A stretch of 56,661 bases of DNA from a virus (IMGVR_UViG_3300025131_000044:1-56661), one strand, 5' to 3'. Shown: positions 10,630 through 20,457, numbered from the stretch's first letter. Notes: generated by a model not told the origin, from the letters alone. Numbers and translations are program-made.

Positions 10630-11970
10630 TCATCTTGAATTTGGTTTATTATCTTCATTATTATTTTCTATGTAATGATATCTACTAACAAAATTATTCG
10701 CACCTGTTTGGTCCCAACTACCTTCTACCATTGCCCCTAAACTATCAATTAAAGGTTGTAATGCAAATCCTAAAGACCCTGGCATAGAACTATCTGGTAC
10801 AGTACCACCTCCTTCATCTGCAACTGCCATAGGCCCTGCTTGACTTACATATTTAGATTTACCAATTATTGTTAATGCTTCAGCTAAAAATTTAGCTATT
10901 TGATTACCTAACACTATTGGTTCTGCTCCTGTAGATGTCGTTGTACCATCATTTTTGTCTCTAGGTTTTGAAGCTTGTTTTCCTAAATAAATATTAGCAG
11001 ATTCAATTATTGTTTCATTTTCAGAAGTAATTAAAAGTTTATCTCCAGCTCCTATAAGTATATTTGTGCCTGCAGTAATTATATTATCTTGTCTAGAATC
11101 TGTTATTATCCTATCAGATATTTGTATATTTTGTGGTCCACTATATTCATATAAGTAGTTTTTAGTATTTAAAGATACAATGTTATTTACTCCCTGTGTT
11201 GCTTCAACTTCTAATTTAGCATGTTTAGCTAAACTTTCAATAGTTCTTACTGCAGGGTTTTCTAAAGTTTTATTTCTGTCTGATGAAAATTGATATGCAT
11301 ATGAATCAGCATTAAAAAATTCATTTAATTTACCGTTTTCTATATATGCAATTAAATTAGCATCAAGTAAACTTTCTTCTGCATTAGTAAAGCTTCTCCC
11401 ATTTGAAATAATAATATTGGGATTATCACTTCTGTATCCCAGTCTTATACTATTACCATATCTACCTTCTAATATAAAATCACCATTATTTTCTTTCATC
11501 ACATTAACAGGTATATTTTTTGATTTACCATAATCTAGTTGTGGCTTAGGGCTTTTTTGTAATCTTCCTATATTTGTATTAGGTATAAAAGTTTTTGATT
11601 TATATTGACTAGTACCTAAAGTATTAATATTAAAATTAGGACTATTCATAGTATTTATAGGTCCTATATAAAAATTTTCATTAAAAAAACTACACAATAA
11701 AACAGGGTCACCTATCACTGGTGTATCTGTTATACCTCTGAATAGTGGAAAATAAACCTTTGGTCCTGTAGCTCCATCACTACTATCTACAACATCAGGT
11801 ACAGCTAGTATAGAATTTATTCCGGTATAACTACCTTCTGATACTGCTGAAGTATTTACTTTTGCTACCGTACCAGGTACAAATTGTAACCAAACAGGTT
11901 GAGGTCTCTTTGCACCAAATACAGATGTTTGGTCCATATGACTTGGCATAAATGTAAAGCAAGAACCCAT
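10630..11970 (-). CDS. Baseplate hub/central spike protein (gp5/gpV-like)
   Basis: 446 aa; YFPLFRGITDTPVIGDPVL, GDFILEGRYGNSIRLG, IYLG...EPIVLGN; next to gp25. Confidence 0.65.
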   Translation of the reverse strand: MGSCFTFMPSHMDQTSVFGAKRPQPVWLQFVPGTVAKVNTSAVSEGSYTGINSILAVPDVVDSSDGATGPKVYFPLFRGITDTPVIGDPVLLCSFFNENFYIGPINTMNSPNFNINTLGTSQYKSKTFIPNTNIGRLQKSPKPQLDYGKSKNIPVNVMKENNGDFILEGRYGNSIRLGYRSDNPNIIISNGRSFTNAEESLLDANLIAYIENGKLNEFFNADSYAYQFSSDRNKTLENPAVRTIESLAKHAKLEVEATQGVNNIVSLNTKNYLYEYSGPQNIQISDRIITDSRQDNIITAGTNILIGAGDKLLITSENETIIESANIYLGKQASKPRDKNDGTTTSTGAEPIVLGNQIAKFLAEALTIIGKSKYVSQAGPMAVADEGGGTVPDSSMPGSLGFALQPLIDSLGAMVEGSWDQTGANNFVSRYHYIENNNEDNKPNSR

Positions 11971-11971
11971 A

Positions 11972-12373
11972 TTAAGTTTCCTCTATATTTATTTTTGATT
12001 TATTTTTGATTTTTTCAATCTTATCACTTTCTATTTGCAAATCAGAGGTAGTATCTTGTAATGCATTTAATAAATCTTCTTTTTCTTGTTCACTGAGCAA
12101 CATTGATTCATCTGAATCGCCTGTTGAGCGAGTTATAATTCTTTGTAATACACCAGCAAGCTTAACAAGATGTTCATCATTTTTAACTGATACTTCCATA
12201 TATTCTTTTATCAATGGAGCAACTAAAACTACATCATCAATTGTCGTGATAAACCCATGTATCTCTGATATTAATAAATCTATCTGTTTTTTCTTATTAA
12301 CAGCATTCTGATATATATCTTGAGTTAAATCTTGAAATGATTTTCCTTCAAATATTTCATTTTTATCTGCCAC
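11972..12373 (-). CDS. Conserved-type helical phage protein
   Basis: 133 aa, GTG start with AAGGAG RBS and upstream TATTTATA motif. Confidence 0.7.
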   Translation of the reverse strand: MADKNEIFEGKSFQDLTQDIYQNAVNKKKQIDLLISEIHGFITTIDDVVLVAPLIKEYMEVSVKNDEHLVKLAGVLQRIITRSTGDSDESMLLSEQEKEDLLNALQDTTSDLQIESDKIEKIKNKSKINIEET

Positions 12374-12436
12374 AATTTCTCCTTAGGTGTACTTATTCAT
12401 ATATAAATATAAATTTTGTTAGTTTTAGTTAAAAAT

Positions 12437-12462
12437 AAAAAAGCCTCATATAGAGGCTTTTT
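12437..12462. terminator. Intrinsic terminator, probably bidirectional
   Basis: AAAAAAGCCTC-atata-GAGGCTTTTT. Confidence 0.8.
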
Positions 12463-12488
12463 ATTAATTTGTTATATTTCCGTTGTAT

Positions 12489-13241
12489 TTAGAAGAATGA
12501 GGATTTTTTAGTAGTCAAAGTACCTTGGCTTTCGTAAGTTTTAAGTATATTCCTATAATGTTTTTTAAATATATTAGTAACTTTAGTAATGTGTGTTGTT
12601 TCAACATTAGTCATTTCTCGAATCAATACATACAAAGCTTTTTTATTAAAGTTTTCTATCTCATCCTTCTTTTTTATTAATTCTAATATAGCATAAGCAA
12701 CATTTAAATCTTTCTTTTTCTTAAACATTGTAGGTATATTAGTTTCAAAATATTGAACTAATTCAAGAACAAAATCTTCTAAATCCTTATTCTTTTCTGG
12801 TAGAACTAATTGTAGAGTCGCTATATCTTTATGTGCCTTTAATTTTTTATAATTAGCATTATTATGTAATATCAAATAGTTTTTTGCTACGACTGAAAAA
12901 TAACTAAATGCTTTAGAACCTTTATTATGGTCATATTTATGCATATTCATTACCATGAAAGCAACAACTTCATGTTTAATATCCTCAAATCCATAATCAA
13001 AATAAGTAAACTTAAAAGTATTAATAATATTTTCTGCTAGTTTATCAAACGCTCTATGAATCTCTGCTTCATATATCCTATTTTTAATACCACTTTTTTC
13101 AGCTGTATTGTATCTCACAATTGCATCCTGAACATCCATTCCAAAATAAATTCTTTTATTTTTTTTCTTTTTAGCTACTTCAAGTTTAGCTGCAGCAAGT
13201 TTTGCAGCCGCGTCTTGATTTTTTTTATTATTTTGTCTCAT
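12489..13241 (-). CDS. Phage sigma factor for late transcription (T4 gp55-like, sigma70 region 2)
   Basis: EDIKHEVVAFMVMNMHKYDHNKGSKAFSYFSVVAKNYLI resembles sigma region 2.2-2.4 / gp55; start moved to MRQNN behind GAGGGGG. Confidence 0.7.
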   Translation of the reverse strand: MRQNNKKNQDAAAKLAAAKLEVAKKKKNKRIYFGMDVQDAIVRYNTAEKSGIKNRIYEAEIHRAFDKLAENIINTFKFTYFDYGFEDIKHEVVAFMVMNMHKYDHNKGSKAFSYFSVVAKNYLILHNNANYKKLKAHKDIATLQLVLPEKNKDLEDFVLELVQYFETNIPTMFKKKKDLNVAYAILELIKKKDEIENFNKKALYVLIREMTNVETTHITKVTNIFKKHYRNILKTYESQGTLTTKKSSFF

Positions 13242-13506
13242 TGTTATCCCCCTCTTGTGTTTCGAAAATTTCATTTAATAGTTTTTGAAGATTTTTAACT
13301 TCTTCAAAAAAGAAACCTACTTCATCGTCAGATTCAAACGAACCTTTATTATCTAAAGCTTTTACTTTTAAATCAATAAACTGAACTAAATCAGATATAT
13401 TTATTATTAACCGTTCATAATTATTTATTCGTCTTAATGCATAAAATGTTATCACTGAAGAAAATATACTAACTAATAAAAATATTATAAATAAAAAAGT
13501 CCACAT
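13228..13506 (-). CDS. Single-pass membrane protein
   Basis: N-terminal hydrophobic helix then coiled segment, FESDDEVGFFF. Confidence 0.7.
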   Translation of the reverse strand: MWTFLFIIFLLVSIFSSVITFYALRRINNYERLIINISDLVQFIDLKVKALDNKGSFESDDEVGFFFEEVKNLQKLLNEIFETQEGDNNETK

Positions 13507-13508
13507 AA

Positions 13509-14261
13509 TTAACTCGTAAAAAGTTCATCAAAAGCTTTTTGCATATTTTTTACTTTCGTAACTTCTTCTTTATTTTTAGGTTTAGATTTTTTAACAGTAG
13601 TACTTTGAGTTTCTTGGTTGTCATATTTCCAATTTTCATATTCTATTCTTGATGCTAACATATCAGCCTGATGTAATAAAATTGATAAATTACTTTTAAC
13701 TTTATTCTCATCTAAATATTGCATTAGATATGTTTTATTTGCTTCTTCATACATACCATCAGTCAGTCTTAGAGCTAAATATTCATTCTCTGACATTGTT
13801 AAACCAAAATGATTTAGTAAATAAATTGCTCTATCAGTAACAGTCATAAAATTTAAATCTTTACCTCTTTTATAAAACTTACCTTGATTTTCAATATGCC
13901 ATCTAGAATCATTCGGTTCATAATAATCATTTTCTAAATCTCCGACTTTACCTAAGTCGTGATGTAATGCAGCAAAAATAACCTCTTCTTCAGTATAGTC
14001 TATATGTGCTCCTAACTCTTTATAAAGTTTAAATAATTTTTGAGATATCTCAGTGATGTGTAAAACATGCGCTACATATCCACCGACAAAACAATTATGA
14101 AAATGTTCTGTTCCAGATGCTGGTGCAAACATCATTCTTTCTTCAAAATAATAATACATTTTCAATAGATTATCTTTCCTCAAACCTGAGAATGTATTAT
14201 TAACAATCGATATTAATTTATCCCAATTTTCTTTTAATGTTGTTTCATTTAATGTTTTCAT
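13509..14261 (-). CDS. HD-domain phosphohydrolase (YhaM/Cbf1-like)
   Basis: APAS...HFHNCFVGGYVAH...AALHHDLGK...LLHQADM. Confidence 0.85.
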   Translation of the reverse strand: MKTLNETTLKENWDKLISIVNNTFSGLRKDNLLKMYYYFEERMMFAPASGTEHFHNCFVGGYVAHVLHITEISQKLFKLYKELGAHIDYTEEEVIFAALHHDLGKVGDLENDYYEPNDSRWHIENQGKFYKRGKDLNFMTVTDRAIYLLNHFGLTMSENEYLALRLTDGMYEEANKTYLMQYLDENKVKSNLSILLHQADMLASRIEYENWKYDNQETQSTTVKKSKPKNKEEVTKVKNMQKAFDELFTS

Positions 14262-14307
14262 ATTTCTCCTATTTAATTATTATATTATATATTATATTAT
14301 TATTATA

Positions 14308-14640
14308 TTATATATTAATTATTAATATTAATATAGATAACAATATACTAATAATTGTTGTTGTATCTAATCCTTCATTTAAAACAAAGTAAGTTAAAAA
14401 TGGAAACACTAAGTAACTAACTGCATAAATAACCATTCTTACTGCCCATAAACTACCTAGACCTTCATAACCAAATTCAGTGACTTTAAAAAAGATGTAA
14501 CTTATTGGCATGCCTAACAAACATAGTAAAAAAATATAATCTTTCATTATTGGCCATCTTATCTGGCCGTTTAACTGGAACCATACTAAAATATTACCAA
14601 AAAATCCAAGTATTATACTATACAATACATACTTATTCAT
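14308..14640 (-). CDS. Small four-helix membrane protein (SMR/DMT-like topology)
   Basis: 110 aa with about four hydrophobic segments. Confidence 0.6.
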   Translation of the reverse strand: MNKYVLYSIILGFFGNILVWFQLNGQIRWPIMKDYIFLLCLLGMPISYIFFKVTEFGYEGLGSLWAVRMVIYAVSYLVFPFLTYFVLNEGLDTTTIISILLSILILIINI

Positions 14641-14882
14641 TAGTTTTTTTTATTTTTCCTTAAATGTCTTTTTGTTGATTTAGACATCTTATTAGATTTT
14701 TTTTCTTTAAGTTCTAAATTACCTGTTTCTTGATTTACTTCGGGTTCTCTGTTTACATCACGAACTTGTTCCTTCCACATAGATTTAGGTACAAAATGAA
14801 ATCCTTCGTGCTGCATTATTTCAGCTTTTTCTTCACTGACACGAACTACTACAGATTCGTCTTGATTTGCCATTGTTTTCAT
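14640..14882 (-). CDS. Hypothetical basic protein
   Basis: 80 aa ORF, GFHFVPKSMWK, Lys-rich tail. Confidence 0.65.
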   Translation of the reverse strand: MKTMANQDESVVVRVSEEKAEIMQHEGFHFVPKSMWKEQVRDVNREPEVNQETGNLELKEKKSNKMSKSTKRHLRKNKKN

Positions 14883-14908
14883 ATAACTTTCCTTCCTATA
14901 TTTTATTT

Positions 14909-15433
14909 TTAATTAACTGAAGATATTATAAAATCATCAACATATTTATACATAGTAATATTGTTGTATTTAAATCTACTATCTGTTGTAAGTATATCTA
15001 CTCTATTAGTAAATCTTGGATTCATTGTATCTCTTACTTGATAGATACCATCCCATTTACCTGTACCTTCTATTATAATATAATCACCATAATCAAATGG
15101 TCCTCCCCAACGAGAAAGTAAATCTCTTGAAAGTGCAACATAACGATATTCAGTTGCTCTCCAAGTTTTTATCCTTGTACCATCTGCGGTAATGTTAGGT
15201 GTATCATCTGTTTGACTACGAGTTGGATTATAAGTAGTGACTGTTACTTTATATGATATTTTATTAGTATGTTCTATACCACATTGTTCTTCTAATTCCC
15301 AAATTTTTTCATGTAAAGACATTATTTCTTCTTGTCTTTCATCTAACATCTGGCTCGCATAGAAAGTTATTACAACAGCCGGTAAAATAACAACTATTAT
15401 TTGTAAGTAATCTTTTATCATATTATTCTCCAT
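14909..15433 (-). CDS. 3D (Asp-Asp-Asp) domain peptidoglycan lytic transglycosylase with N-terminal membrane anchor
   Basis: VTVTTYNP..QTDDTPNITADG, YVALSRDLL, YQVRDTM...RVDIL. Confidence 0.85.
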   Translation of the reverse strand: MENNMIKDYLQIIVVILPAVVITFYASQMLDERQEEIMSLHEKIWELEEQCGIEHTNKISYKVTVTTYNPTRSQTDDTPNITADGTRIKTWRATEYRYVALSRDLLSRWGGPFDYGDYIIIEGTGKWDGIYQVRDTMNPRFTNRVDILTTDSRFKYNNITMYKYVDDFIISSVN

Positions 15434-15445
15434 TATATACTATAT

Positions 15446-15487
15446 AATATACAACTTCCTTGATATATAAGTCAAGCTTTTTTTTTA
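15446..15487 (-). promoter_or_regulatory. Sigma70-type early promoter
   Basis: A-tract-GC-TTGACT-N18-TATATT. Confidence 0.8.
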
Positions 15488-16345
15488 TTTTTTTATATAA
15501 ATGTATTTTTCAGAACTTAAAGAACCATCAGTTGGTGAATCCAACCCCTCTTCATGTATCCACATTGAGATAGTTTTCTCAGCTGAGATTTCATCTATTA
15601 TATTAAATGATTCTCTATATCTTTTAAGTAATCGTTTAACTAGTGAATGTCTAACAATATCTTTTTCTTTAAATGATGCTAAACCTACACCATGAACACC
15701 AGCGAATCTTTTAATAGCATCTTCTAAACCACTTTGATGTCTCTTAATATCAGATTGTTCCAAGTCACCAGTGATAATATATTTACTATTCTGACCGATT
15801 CTTGTTACGAACATCTTGATTTGTTCAGGTGTTGCATTTTGTGCTTCATCAAGTATGACGAATTTATTGGCTAGAGTAATACCTCTCATAAATGCTAGAG
15901 GTATAACTTGAATTGTATTACCTTCCTTTAGGACTTGTAACCTTTGTTTACCAATAATCTGTTCCATATTATAATAAAACGACATCATAAATGGTGCTGT
16001 CTTTTCTTCTACATCACCTGGTAGATATCCTAACTTTTCACCAGCAGCTTCTACGAGAGGTTTGACGATAACGATACCATCTATTTTGGATTCTTTATCA
16101 CCTAACTCTCTTAAAGCTCTATGAACTGATAGATATGTTTTACCACATCCAGCAGGACCAATACAAAATGTTATATCTTTTTTTGATATAGTTTTGTAAA
16201 ATCTTCGTTGTGCTGGATTCTTATATTGTAATTCATCAAAGTTTAACATCTTTAAATCCTTTAATGCTTGTCGTTTATTACTTATAGAATGATTATTTAA
16301 CTCGGAAAGGGTAACCTTTTTTTGAGAACTTTTTATTTTACTCAT
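15485..16345 (-). CDS. phoH: PhoH family ATPase
   Basis: GPAGCGKT, LGYLPGD, AFMRGITL, ILDEAQN, IITGDLEQSD, DIVRH. Confidence 0.95.
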   Translation of the reverse strand: MSKIKSSQKKVTLSELNNHSISNKRQALKDLKMLNFDELQYKNPAQRRFYKTISKKDITFCIGPAGCGKTYLSVHRALRELGDKESKIDGIVIVKPLVEAAGEKLGYLPGDVEEKTAPFMMSFYYNMEQIIGKQRLQVLKEGNTIQVIPLAFMRGITLANKFVILDEAQNATPEQIKMFVTRIGQNSKYIITGDLEQSDIKRHQSGLEDAIKRFAGVHGVGLASFKEKDIVRHSLVKRLLKRYRESFNIIDEISAEKTISMWIHEEGLDSPTDGSLSSEKYIYIKK

Positions 16346-16430
16346 AGTAACTATTCTCCTATATTAACCTAAAATGATAACGGTTTACTATAAATATAAT
16401 ATATATTTTGGTTTCCTTAGAATTAAATAT

Positions 16431-16462
16431 AAAAAAATGGAGCTGCCGAAACAGCTCCATTT
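16431..16462 (-). terminator. Intrinsic terminator
   Basis: AAATGGAGCTG-ccgaaa-CAGCTCCATTT with U-tract on the minus strand. Confidence 0.85.
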
Positions 16463-16481
16463 ACTATTGTGATTTAAATCA

Positions 16482-16712
16482 CTACTTATTGCCCCATAAT
16501 CCACATAGAACAACAAGCGTAATCAATCCAGTTAGTCCAGCACCTAGAAAGCCATTAACGATACCGGTAATATTACCAATAACATCAATACCTAACCAAC
16601 CTGAACCAAATACGATTTGTGATAGTACACCAACAGATACTAGACCACCTAGTACACCTGCTAGTCCACCTAAAACATCACCAATCTGTCCGAAAATGCT
16701 CTTAATATTCAT
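16482..16712 (-). CDS. Small Gly-rich membrane protein
   Basis: 76 aa hydrophobic, AGGAGG RBS, co-transcribed with the porin. Confidence 0.8.
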   Translation of the reverse strand: MNIKSIFGQIGDVLGGLAGVLGGLVSVGVLSQIVFGSGWLGIDVIGNITGIVNGFLGAGLTGLITLVVLCGLWGNK

Positions 16713-16741
16713 AAGATATCTCCTCCTAGTTTAAGTGTTAA

Positions 16742-17614
16742 TTAGAATGAATAACTTGCTCTGAATGAAATACTACTTCCTTCTTCATCATCAGATGAGA
16801 ACTCTGTAATAACTTTCATATTATCAGAACATTTATACCCAACTCCGTATAGCACTTCTTCATCGGAGTTATATCCGAATAAAAGATAAGCGCCTTTAGC
16901 AAACTCCGGCGATACAGAACTTCTTAACCAATAAGAAGCTTCCTTTTCACCCTCATCATTCTCAGCTGCTAAATCATACTCAAATGATACATCATATGGA
17001 AATCCTAAAACACTTCCACCTGATGATACATCAATAAGTTGAGCCTCGTTACTATTTAATGATAGTCCAATCTCAGAATCTACCCCAAACAGAGATAGTC
17101 CATAAGATACTCTTGTTGCCCAATGTTGTGAACCTTCTTCAGTTACAACACCTTCGTCATCAAGAACATCTTCTGTGCTACCACCATAAAAGAAATTAGC
17201 TCCAACACCGTATTTATTTACACTCACTCCAAGACCATTCGTAACTGTATGCTCTCTTGGTGATGAAACAAATGAGTTGTTAGATGGTCTATGTAAGCCC
17301 CACGCCAATCCATATGGTTCTGCTTGACTACCAAATGTTAAAGCAACATCGTCTGTAATCGACCAGCTATATTTAGCTTCTTCGATGTTAACCATACCAT
17401 CTGATAGGTTTGTACTTAATACCCAACCATCTCCACTTAATGTAAGACCAGAATATGGACTTTCAAAAGTTACAGCATCTCCAAAAGTGATATCAGTACT
17501 GAACTCACCAGAGATAGTGGTAACACTTTCTTCAGAAGCTACTGCTTCCTGCCCAAAAGTAATTCCACATAGTAACATAGTAGTAATCATTAGATTTCTC
17601 ATACTATTCTTCAT
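16742..17614 (-). CDS. Outer-membrane beta-barrel porin-like protein
   Basis: Signal peptide, alternating beta-strand pattern, C-terminal beta-signal ISFRASYSF. Confidence 0.8.
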   Translation of the reverse strand: MKNSMRNLMITTMLLCGITFGQEAVASEESVTTISGEFSTDITFGDAVTFESPYSGLTLSGDGWVLSTNLSDGMVNIEEAKYSWSITDDVALTFGSQAEPYGLAWGLHRPSNNSFVSSPREHTVTNGLGVSVNKYGVGANFFYGGSTEDVLDDEGVVTEEGSQHWATRVSYGLSLFGVDSEIGLSLNSNEAQLIDVSSGGSVLGFPYDVSFEYDLAAENDEGEKEASYWLRSSVSPEFAKGAYLLFGYNSDEEVLYGVGYKCSDNMKVITEFSSDDEEGSSISFRASYSF

Positions 17615-17974
17615 TTAGTTTTCTCCTCAAGTATTAACTTGCTCGTTTTGTTTTGTTTTAACTACATAAAAAAATACACAATTATCCCTAAGGATTTAAA
17701 ATAACATCTATAGTAACTTGGGGATTTTAGAGTCGAGAACCGATTCTATTTTTGTGTATTTTCTTTATATAATTTCTTGTAACCATTTTATATAAGTATA
17801 AAAGTATCCTATAAAACCATCATTTTTTTATTATGATGTCTATAACTCCTTTATTATAATCTATTAAAATTTTTATTTAAAGTAATTTCTAAGTATTCCT
17901 ATAAAACAAAATTAATAAAACCACTATTATTAACCATGTTAAGTCTTCCATAGTGATACTCCGATTATATGTTG

Positions 17975-18274
17975 TGGAGATGGCGGGAGTCGAACCCGCG
18001 TCCTAACAGTTTCAATATAAAGTCATTCACAAGTTTAGTTGATTTCTTTCCTATCAACAAAGTCCGTATTCTTAAATTGTTTTACATCCAATTATGATTT
18101 ACCAATCACGATGGTTCTTTCCGATTATGACACCACCTTATCTTCTATCGGAGTCAAAGGGTGATGAACCTACGCGTTACGCGTAGGCTATTTGTGTATT
18201 ATAATTGTCAGTTAACAATTATGAGTTACTTGCACTCCATATTAAAGGTCTACTAGTCGAAACCAAGCATCCCC
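17975..18274 (-). ncRNA. ssrA: tmRNA (one-piece, about 300 nt), tag (A)DNYNTQIAYA*
   Basis: 5' GGGGATG...TTCGAC pairs with 3' CATCTCC-A including the G3:U alanine determinant; T-arm GCGGGTTCGACTCCCGC; tag ORF 18209-18177 after TAACT, with TAA in the loop of CCTACGCG/CGCGTAGG. Confidence 0.93.
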
Positions 18275-18277
18275 ATA

Positions 18278-18628
18278 TTACGCTTCACCTATCATACCAG
18301 GTGTAATTTTATCTTTCAGTTTTCTTATTTCTTTTTCAAACTGCAATAAATCTGATTTATTAGTCATATATTCTTCTATTAACTCATTAAGTTTTTTTAT
18401 TTTGTCTGAGTTAGTTTCATTAATATCTGGTAATATAGATAATCCTCCAGTAAAATCATCAGTCATATCTTCAACATCAATTTGTTGTAGAAAATTCACT
18501 ACTTGATTAGACTGCTTTACAAGTTTAACTAATATCTCTCTATGGTCTAAAATTGCGTCTTCTATATGTTTTAATCTAAAATCTAAATCTTCTAGAAGTC
18601 GTGACATTTTTAACTTATCTTTTGACAT
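18278..18628 (-). CDS. Hypothetical coiled-coil protein
   Basis: 116 aa, AAGGA RBS, upstream TATTTATA. Confidence 0.7.
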   Translation of the reverse strand: MSKDKLKMSRLLEDLDFRLKHIEDAILDHREILVKLVKQSNQVVNFLQQIDVEDMTDDFTGGLSILPDINETNSDKIKKLNELIEEYMTNKSDLLQFEKEIRKLKDKITPGMIGEA

Positions 18629-18775
18629 AATTTTTCCTTGGTTATCTTACCTATAAATATCATTGAACTTGTTATTTTTAGTACTAAAAAACAAATTATC
18701 ATGGTAAAGGACATAAATAAAATACATATGATGTAAGGCATAATAAAAATATAATCATATATCTTCAGTATATAA

Positions 18776-19393
18776 TTATTCAGCATATGCCTCCAGTTGC
18801 CATTCACCACTTACTATAAGTGGCTCTGCTTTTTTATATTTAAGTGTTTTACTTTCTGTACCATTAGTTATCTGTACTTTATCATTCCTACCTATTTTTG
18901 GATTTCTACGAACAGCAGGTTTTTGTTTTAATTCTCTTTCAAACATTGTAATACCATCAAGATGGTCTATTTCATGCTGTACGCATGCACACTCATATAT
19001 ATGTGACAAATCTGAATCCTTACCTACAGGTTTTGACGCTTCAAAATATAATTTTCCAGTATGATTATCAGCTTCTACCGTAACAGATTTATGTCTCATT
19101 GTCTTTACTAGTCTACCTGGAAATGAAAGACAACCTTCCATAAATCCAAACATTTCTTCAGAACTTTCCACTATTTTTGGATTAATTAAAATAATAGGTT
19201 CGGTATTATTTGTAGTTGGTACATTAATTACACAAACTTGTTTATTAATGCCTATTTGTGGAGCAGCTATCCCTATCCCGTTTTGAGAATTTGTTAATTC
19301 TTTTAACAGTCTTGCTGCAATTTCTTCACCTTCTTCTACTGAAGAACAAGGTTCACACTTTTGTTTTAACTCTGTTTTATCTGTTATTATCAT
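18776..19393 (-). CDS. def: Peptide deformylase
   Basis: All three motifs: GIGIAAPQIG, EGCLSFP, QHEIDHLDG; C-terminal KIGRND extension. Confidence 0.95.
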   Translation of the reverse strand: MIITDKTELKQKCEPCSSVEEGEEIAARLLKELTNSQNGIGIAAPQIGINKQVCVINVPTTNNTEPIILINPKIVESSEEMFGFMEGCLSFPGRLVKTMRHKSVTVEADNHTGKLYFEASKPVGKDSDLSHIYECACVQHEIDHLDGITMFERELKQKPAVRRNPKIGRNDKVQITNGTESKTLKYKKAEPLIVSGEWQLEAYAE

Positions 19394-19803
19394 TTATGCT
19401 TCCTTTTAGCTTTTAATCTTTTTTTATGGGCTTTAACTCTTTTAAATAATTTCTCATCTGCTGATAACTTCTTTTTCTTTTTTCTTGGTTTCACTTTAGT
19501 AGGTTTAAGAGTTCCCTTTAATTCAGGTTGTTCTTTTCCTTTGTGAAACACATTACCATCTTTATCAACATATTCTGCCATCCAATGCCAACCAGCAGGT
19601 CTACCAGTTTTTTTATGTTTTTTAGCGAAAAACTCATCCATTGGTTTTAATGCTAAAGTTTTTTTAATAACACACCCAGAACAAGTAACTGCTCGAATAC
19701 CAGTATCTACCTCAACATATTCAGATTGGCATATTTTACATATCATAAATGTTTTACCATTCTCTTTATATGTCATCCATTCTTTTTTTTGTTTTTTTGA
19801 CAT
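19390..19803 (-). CDS. Zn-ribbon protein with basic C-terminus
   Basis: CKIC...AVTCSGC; GRPAGWHWMAEYVDKDGNVFHKGKEQPELKGTL. Confidence 0.75.
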   Translation of the reverse strand: MSKKQKKEWMTYKENGKTFMICKICQSEYVEVDTGIRAVTCSGCVIKKTLALKPMDEFFAKKHKKTGRPAGWHWMAEYVDKDGNVFHKGKEQPELKGTLKPTKVKPRKKKKKLSADEKLFKRVKAHKKRLKAKRKHK

Positions 19804-19817
19804 TTTCCTTACCGTTT

Positions 19818-19860
19818 AATTTAAGTATTTTCCTATATATATGTCAAGCTTTATTTTTTT
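19818..19860 (-). promoter_or_regulatory. Sigma70-type early promoter
   Basis: AAAGC-TTGACA-N18-TAAATT. Confidence 0.7.
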
Positions 19861-20105
19861 CTTTTGGGTTTTTTTGTTTTTATTTTTTTACCGAGTAGAG
19901 ATTTCTCTATAACTATACCATTTGTATGAGAGTTAAAGTAAACAAAGTGTGGATGATTTATCTCACAATATTTTGGGCATTGATATTTTTTATAAACATT
20001 TACTATAGAACCTTCATAATGATAAAGACGAGGTCCTGTGGCATCATCAATGTAACCGATAGCAAAGGCTAAAACTACCATTATCAAATCCGATTGCGAA
20101 ATCAT
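19851..20105 (-). CDS. Hypothetical protein
   Basis: 84 aa, AAGGAG RBS, CPKYC...H motif. Confidence 0.55.
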   Translation of the reverse strand: MISQSDLIMVVLAFAIGYIDDATGPRLYHYEGSIVNVYKKYQCPKYCEINHPHFVYFNSHTNGIVIEKSLLGKKIKTKKPKRKK

Positions 20106-20457
20106 TATTCTTCTCCTTTGGTTTCCACAACTTATCTATTAAAAAAGCTACTCCTATTCCTGCCATATCGTAGTATAAATCATATTTAGAAAATCCATCT
20201 CCACCCCATCTACCATATTTTTCGTAGGGTAATATTGCGTCTATACATTCTTTTCCTAATCCTAAATAAAAAGAGTATAATACAGATTCTTTATCTGTAT
20301 AACCCTTATGTTTAAAAAAGAAATAAGCCCCACCACTTCCTACGAAGTGAGCTTCCTTGTCCATTGTAAATTCTGATGTGTCATCTGCCCATCTCCATTT
20401 ACCAAACTCTTGAGTAAAACCGATTGACAAAACCATTAACATTATTAAGTAATACAT
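20047..20457 (-). CDS. YfiM/VanZ-like membrane protein
   Basis: DKEAHF...GLGKECID...GFSKYDLYYDMAG. Confidence 0.7.
   Translation of the reverse strand: MYYLIMLMVLSIGFTQEFGKWRWADDTSEFTMDKEAHFVGSGGAYFFFKHKGYTDKESVLYSFYLGLGKECIDAILPYEKYGRWGGDGFSKYDLYYDMAGIGVAFLIDKLWKPKEKNNDFAIGFDNGSFSLCYRLH

Noticed and set aside
11972-12373. Terminase small subunit
   Set aside because: Size and helical character are compatible, but there is no diagnostic motif and no large terminase in the window
14270-14320. TAT/ATT low-complexity tract
   Set aside because: Simple AT-rich sequence overlapping an Ile-rich gene end; no defined unit
17975-18003. tRNA-like T-arm and acceptor sequence
   Set aside because: No anticodon arm; it is the 3' end of the tmRNA. 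I found no canonical tRNA in the window
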